Assembly (NCBI GenBank): GCA_963662655.2
Contig: CAXXTU010000001.1
Span: forward strand, 64,001 to 128,000
Source of the DNA: Candidatus Cloacimonadales bacterium
Lineage (GTDB): Bacteria; Cloacimonadota; Cloacimonadia; Cloacimonadales; JAIOQZ01
Length of the DNA: 64,000 bases
Reading direction: 5' to 3'
The notes under the pieces are model-generated. The model made no database searches. It was given only the letters and a program-made list of their open reading frames with translations, and had not been told where the DNA came from. Made by a program: the position numbers and the translations under genes. This document shows, in pieces, positions 61,684 through 64,000 of this stretch (position 1 is the first letter of the stretch; every line of letters starts with the position of its first letter).

Positions 61684-62214
61684 TTACGCGAGTCCCTTGA
61701 GCTTCTTCGCCTCTTCGATGAAATGGCGATGCGAAGCAAAGGCGATCGGCGGCAGGTCGCTTAGAGGGACGAAACTGGCTTCTGCAGCGTCATCCCCTGC
61801 AAGAAGCCGACCTCCCTCGGCCTTCATGAGAAAGCCGAACGAAAGAATGCTTTGATAGAGTGGAGAAGAGCCCGTGAAATACCCCAGGAACCGCTCGTTG
61901 CGCCCGATGAGACCGGTTTCCTCTTCCAGCTCGCGCACAGAGGTTTCCTCCGGCGTCTGGTCGATCTCGATGTAGCCGCTGGGAAGCGCCCACTCACCCG
62001 CCTTGGGCTCGTTCTTGCGAAGGATGATCAAGAGGCGGTCCTCCTCATCGAAAACCACGCACGCCGCCGCCGGCACCGGGTTCTTGTAGTAAACCCAGCC
62101 GCAACTGTGGCAGTGCGGGCGCTCGCGTCCCTCGTGGTCGCGCCGAATATACAGCTCGCCGCCACAACGAACGCAGTAGTTGATTCCTTCGTAGGTCGCT
62201 TTCGTGTATTCCAT
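61684..62214 (-). CDS. NUDIX hydrolase with N-terminal zinc ribbon
   Basis: CVRCG...CHSCG..YKNP; Nudix box GYIEIDQTPEETSVRELEEETGL. Confidence 0.92.
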   Translation of the reverse strand: MEYTKATYEGINYCVRCGGELYIRRDHEGRERPHCHSCGWVYYKNPVPAAACVVFDEEDRLLIILRKNEPKAGEWALPSGYIEIDQTPEETSVRELEEETGLIGRNERFLGYFTGSSPLYQSILSFGFLMKAEGGRLLAGDDAAEASFVPLSDLPPIAFASHRHFIEEAKKLKGLA

Positions 62215-62268
62215 AGCCAAATAGCTTACTCACCGGGATTTTTTGTCAAGGGGGAAATATAGAATTAC

Positions 62269-62306
62269 TTGACACGAATCATTCACAAACAAATATTTAA
62301 TAAAAT
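62269..62306 (+). promoter_or_regulatory. Putative sigma70 promoter for the structured RNA/HNH transcript
   Basis: TTGACA at 62269 followed by an AT-rich -10 region, ending just before the first paired base (62309). Confidence 0.55.
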
Positions 62307-62308
62307 TG

Positions 62309-62556
62309 CCAGCATTGGATTGTCTTAGCTCACTTTCTTGTCGTATCCTTAGTCCATTTTCTGACTAATGTAATTAATCTAAACGGACAGGAGGCAATTA
62401 TGGGAATAAATGCTCAAATAAGTGCTGGCTTCAAGGTTTCTCCACCATGTCTGGGGCGATAAGGAGAGACCTTAGCTTTGGCTTTGTTGAGCATTGAGCT
62501 AAGCGACAGCGATATACTGGAGACATGGGGAGGGAACTTCCCTCCTCGCCCCGCCA
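62309..62556 (+). ncRNA. Candidate structured RNA / regulatory leader of unknown class
   Basis: Nested stems (cttagctca/tgagctaag; aatgctcaa/ttgagcatt; aaggtttctcc/ggagagacctt; ttagtc/gactaa) plus two loop-to-3' pairings (ccatgtct/agacatgg; ggggcga/tcgcccc); G-U pairs favour the + strand. Confidence 0.6.
62400..62462 (+). CDS. Putative 20-aa leader peptide
   Basis: GGAGG RBS at 62390; MGINAQISAGFKVSPPCLGR*. Confidence 0.4.
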   Translation: MGINAQISAGFKVSPPCLGR

Positions 62557-62569
62557 ACAAGGAGAAGAT

Positions 62570-63337
62570 ATGAGCAGTAATAAGAAAGGCATTTCAACTT
62601 CAGTGATAAAACGACTATGTGCGACATCACACAATCAATGTGCTTTTCCGGGATGTAATCAAGAGCTTTATTTCGAAGATGCAAGCCTTGGTCAAATCTG
62701 CCATATCAAAGGGGAGAATCCATCTTCTGCGAGATACGATGAAAAACAATCTAGTGAAGACAGGCAATCATTCAGTAACCTTATATTGTTATGCCCCAAT
62801 CATCACAAAATCATTGATGACAATCCAAACAAATATACCACTGAATTCCTTTACAATATGAAAGAGAAACATATCGGTGCATTTCCTTATGAATCCAACA
62901 AGGTTGATCCAAAGTGGGTTGAGCTACTCAAACAAAAACTTTCAATAAAAATTGAAACGAATGAAGCCCCAATCTTCACACAGAATCTTACAATAAAGCA
63001 ATCAAAAGGTGCGATAAATAAAGTCCCACTCGAAGGTTCTATCGGCGCAAGTGAGGAACATAGAGCATATATAAAGTATTTAATTGATAGGTATCATAAA
63101 TGTGCAACCGAGGGAATCCATCAAAGGAAAGATTTCAGTTATGCTGTCATATACGTTAATATACGAAAAAAGTTCGGGAATAATTGGGACCGGATTAAGA
63201 TTGAACGATTCGATGATTTGGTAAAGTATCTTCAAGGGTGTATTGACAGAACAGAGTTTGGACGTAATAATAAAAAGGGAAATGAACGAAATTTCCACTC
63301 TTTCGACGAGCACATAACGATAATGATTGGAAAATGA
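62570..63337 (+). CDS. HNH endonuclease-domain protein with ORF6C-like C-terminal domain
   Basis: CAFPGC...ICHI...RY...NLILLCPNHHKIID zinc-HNH; C-terminal YVNIRKKFG..W..I...F..LVKYL; AAGGAG RBS; AT-rich. Confidence 0.8.
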   Translation: MSSNKKGISTSVIKRLCATSHNQCAFPGCNQELYFEDASLGQICHIKGENPSSARYDEKQSSEDRQSFSNLILLCPNHHKIIDDNPNKYTTEFLYNMKEKHIGAFPYESNKVDPKWVELLKQKLSIKIETNEAPIFTQNLTIKQSKGAINKVPLEGSIGASEEHRAYIKYLIDRYHKCATEGIHQRKDFSYAVIYVNIRKKFGNNWDRIKIERFDDLVKYLQGCIDRTEFGRNNKKGNERNFHSFDEHITIMIGK

Positions 63338-63540
63338 TATACTAAGTGAGTAATCTTCCTGTCGAATGATATGTTTTCTCACAGTGAAAAGAAATGTTCA
63401 CTCATCCCCTTCTTTTCCGTTATCCCCCTCCCCCCTCCCCCAGCTTTTTTCTTGACGAAAACGAATCCGCAAGTAAATTGAGTACAGACGATTATCATGA
63501 TCCGAGTTTCCTTGGAAAGAACCTACATTTTGGAGGATAA

Positions 63541-64000
63541 ATGCAAAAGTTTTCACTGAACGAAGTCATCGAAATGGCGGTACAGATCGAGCAGAGCGGC
63601 TACAGCTACTATGATAAGGCGTTGCAGCGCAAGGACCTCGACGAAGAGGCGAAGAACCTGATCACCTTCCTTCGCGATGAAGAAATCCGGCACGAAAAGA
63701 CCTTCATGGCCCTGCGCGACCACCTGGACGAAGTCGAGATCGAGCAGTCGCAAGACTGGGATGTGGTGGGCTCCTACATGCAGGCCATCGTCGATTCGCG
63801 CATCTTCTCGTCGCCTGCGTCGGCCATCCAGACCGCGATCGAAGCCAAGAACGTCACCGAGGTACTCCTGAACGCAATTTCGTTCGAGAAAGACACCCTT
63901 CTTTACTTCCACGCCCTCGACGACCAGGTCAACGGCGGCAAGGCGAAAGAAGCCATTCGTATCATCATCAACGAAGAAATCAGCCACGTTCGCAAACTGA
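63541..64000 (+). CDS. Rubrerythrin/ferritin-like protein (3' truncated by the window)
   Basis: Translated by hand: MQKFSLNEVIEMAVQIEQSGYSYY...DEEIRH...AISFEKDTLLYF...NEEISH; GGAGG RBS. Confidence 0.88.
   Translation, partial: MQKFSLNEVIEMAVQIEQSGYSYYDKALQRKDLDEEAKNLITFLRDEEIRHEKTFMALRDHLDEVEIEQSQDWDVVGSYMQAIVDSRIFSSPASAIQTAIEAKNVTEVLLNAISFEKDTLLYFHALDDQVNGGKAKEAIRIIINEEISHVRKL

Noticed and set aside
62433..62556. tRNA, tRNA-Sec or permuted tmRNA (ctccacca...ggggcga; tcgccccgcca end)
   Set aside because: An acceptor-like 7-bp pairing and a GCCA end exist, but there is no TTCRA T-loop, D-arm or anticodon arm. A degenerate tRNA-like or att remnant cannot be fully excluded.
62570..63337. IscB/HEARO or Cas9-like nuclease
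   Set aside because: No PLMP motif, RuvC motifs or bridge helix; the protein is only ~255 aa.

Overview
Bacterial chromosomal segment, mostly housekeeping: rho, U32/TrhP-like protein, lemA-TPM cluster, feoB, PPi-type pfk, glyS, pta, kdsB, mnmG and valS. kdsB points to a Gram-negative envelope. Three secreted proteins carry FlgD-Ig/'T9SS-A-like' C-terminal tails (PNPFNP...KMxLxK), which suggests an FCB-group anaerobe such as Cloacimonadota (inference). Accessory content includes a patatin, a two-domain class III cyclase-STAND-TPR protein, three orphan MacB/FtsX permeases, tandem GLUG proteins and tandem GNATs. The most unusual signals are non-coding. (1) An AT-rich islet holds a ~250-nt RNA-like region with many alternative base pairings and a 20-codon leader ORF, directly upstream of an HNH nuclease with an ORF6C-like tail (62269-63337). 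(2) A ~127-nt long-hairpin family with compensatory changes occurs in three copies; two bracket the GLUG genes and one has a matching empty site. (3) A ~113-nt four-way-junction element occurs in two copies that share structure but only part of their sequence. No integrase, transposase, RT, cas gene, tRNA or rRNA was recognised. All folding and domain calls were made by eye, without computation.
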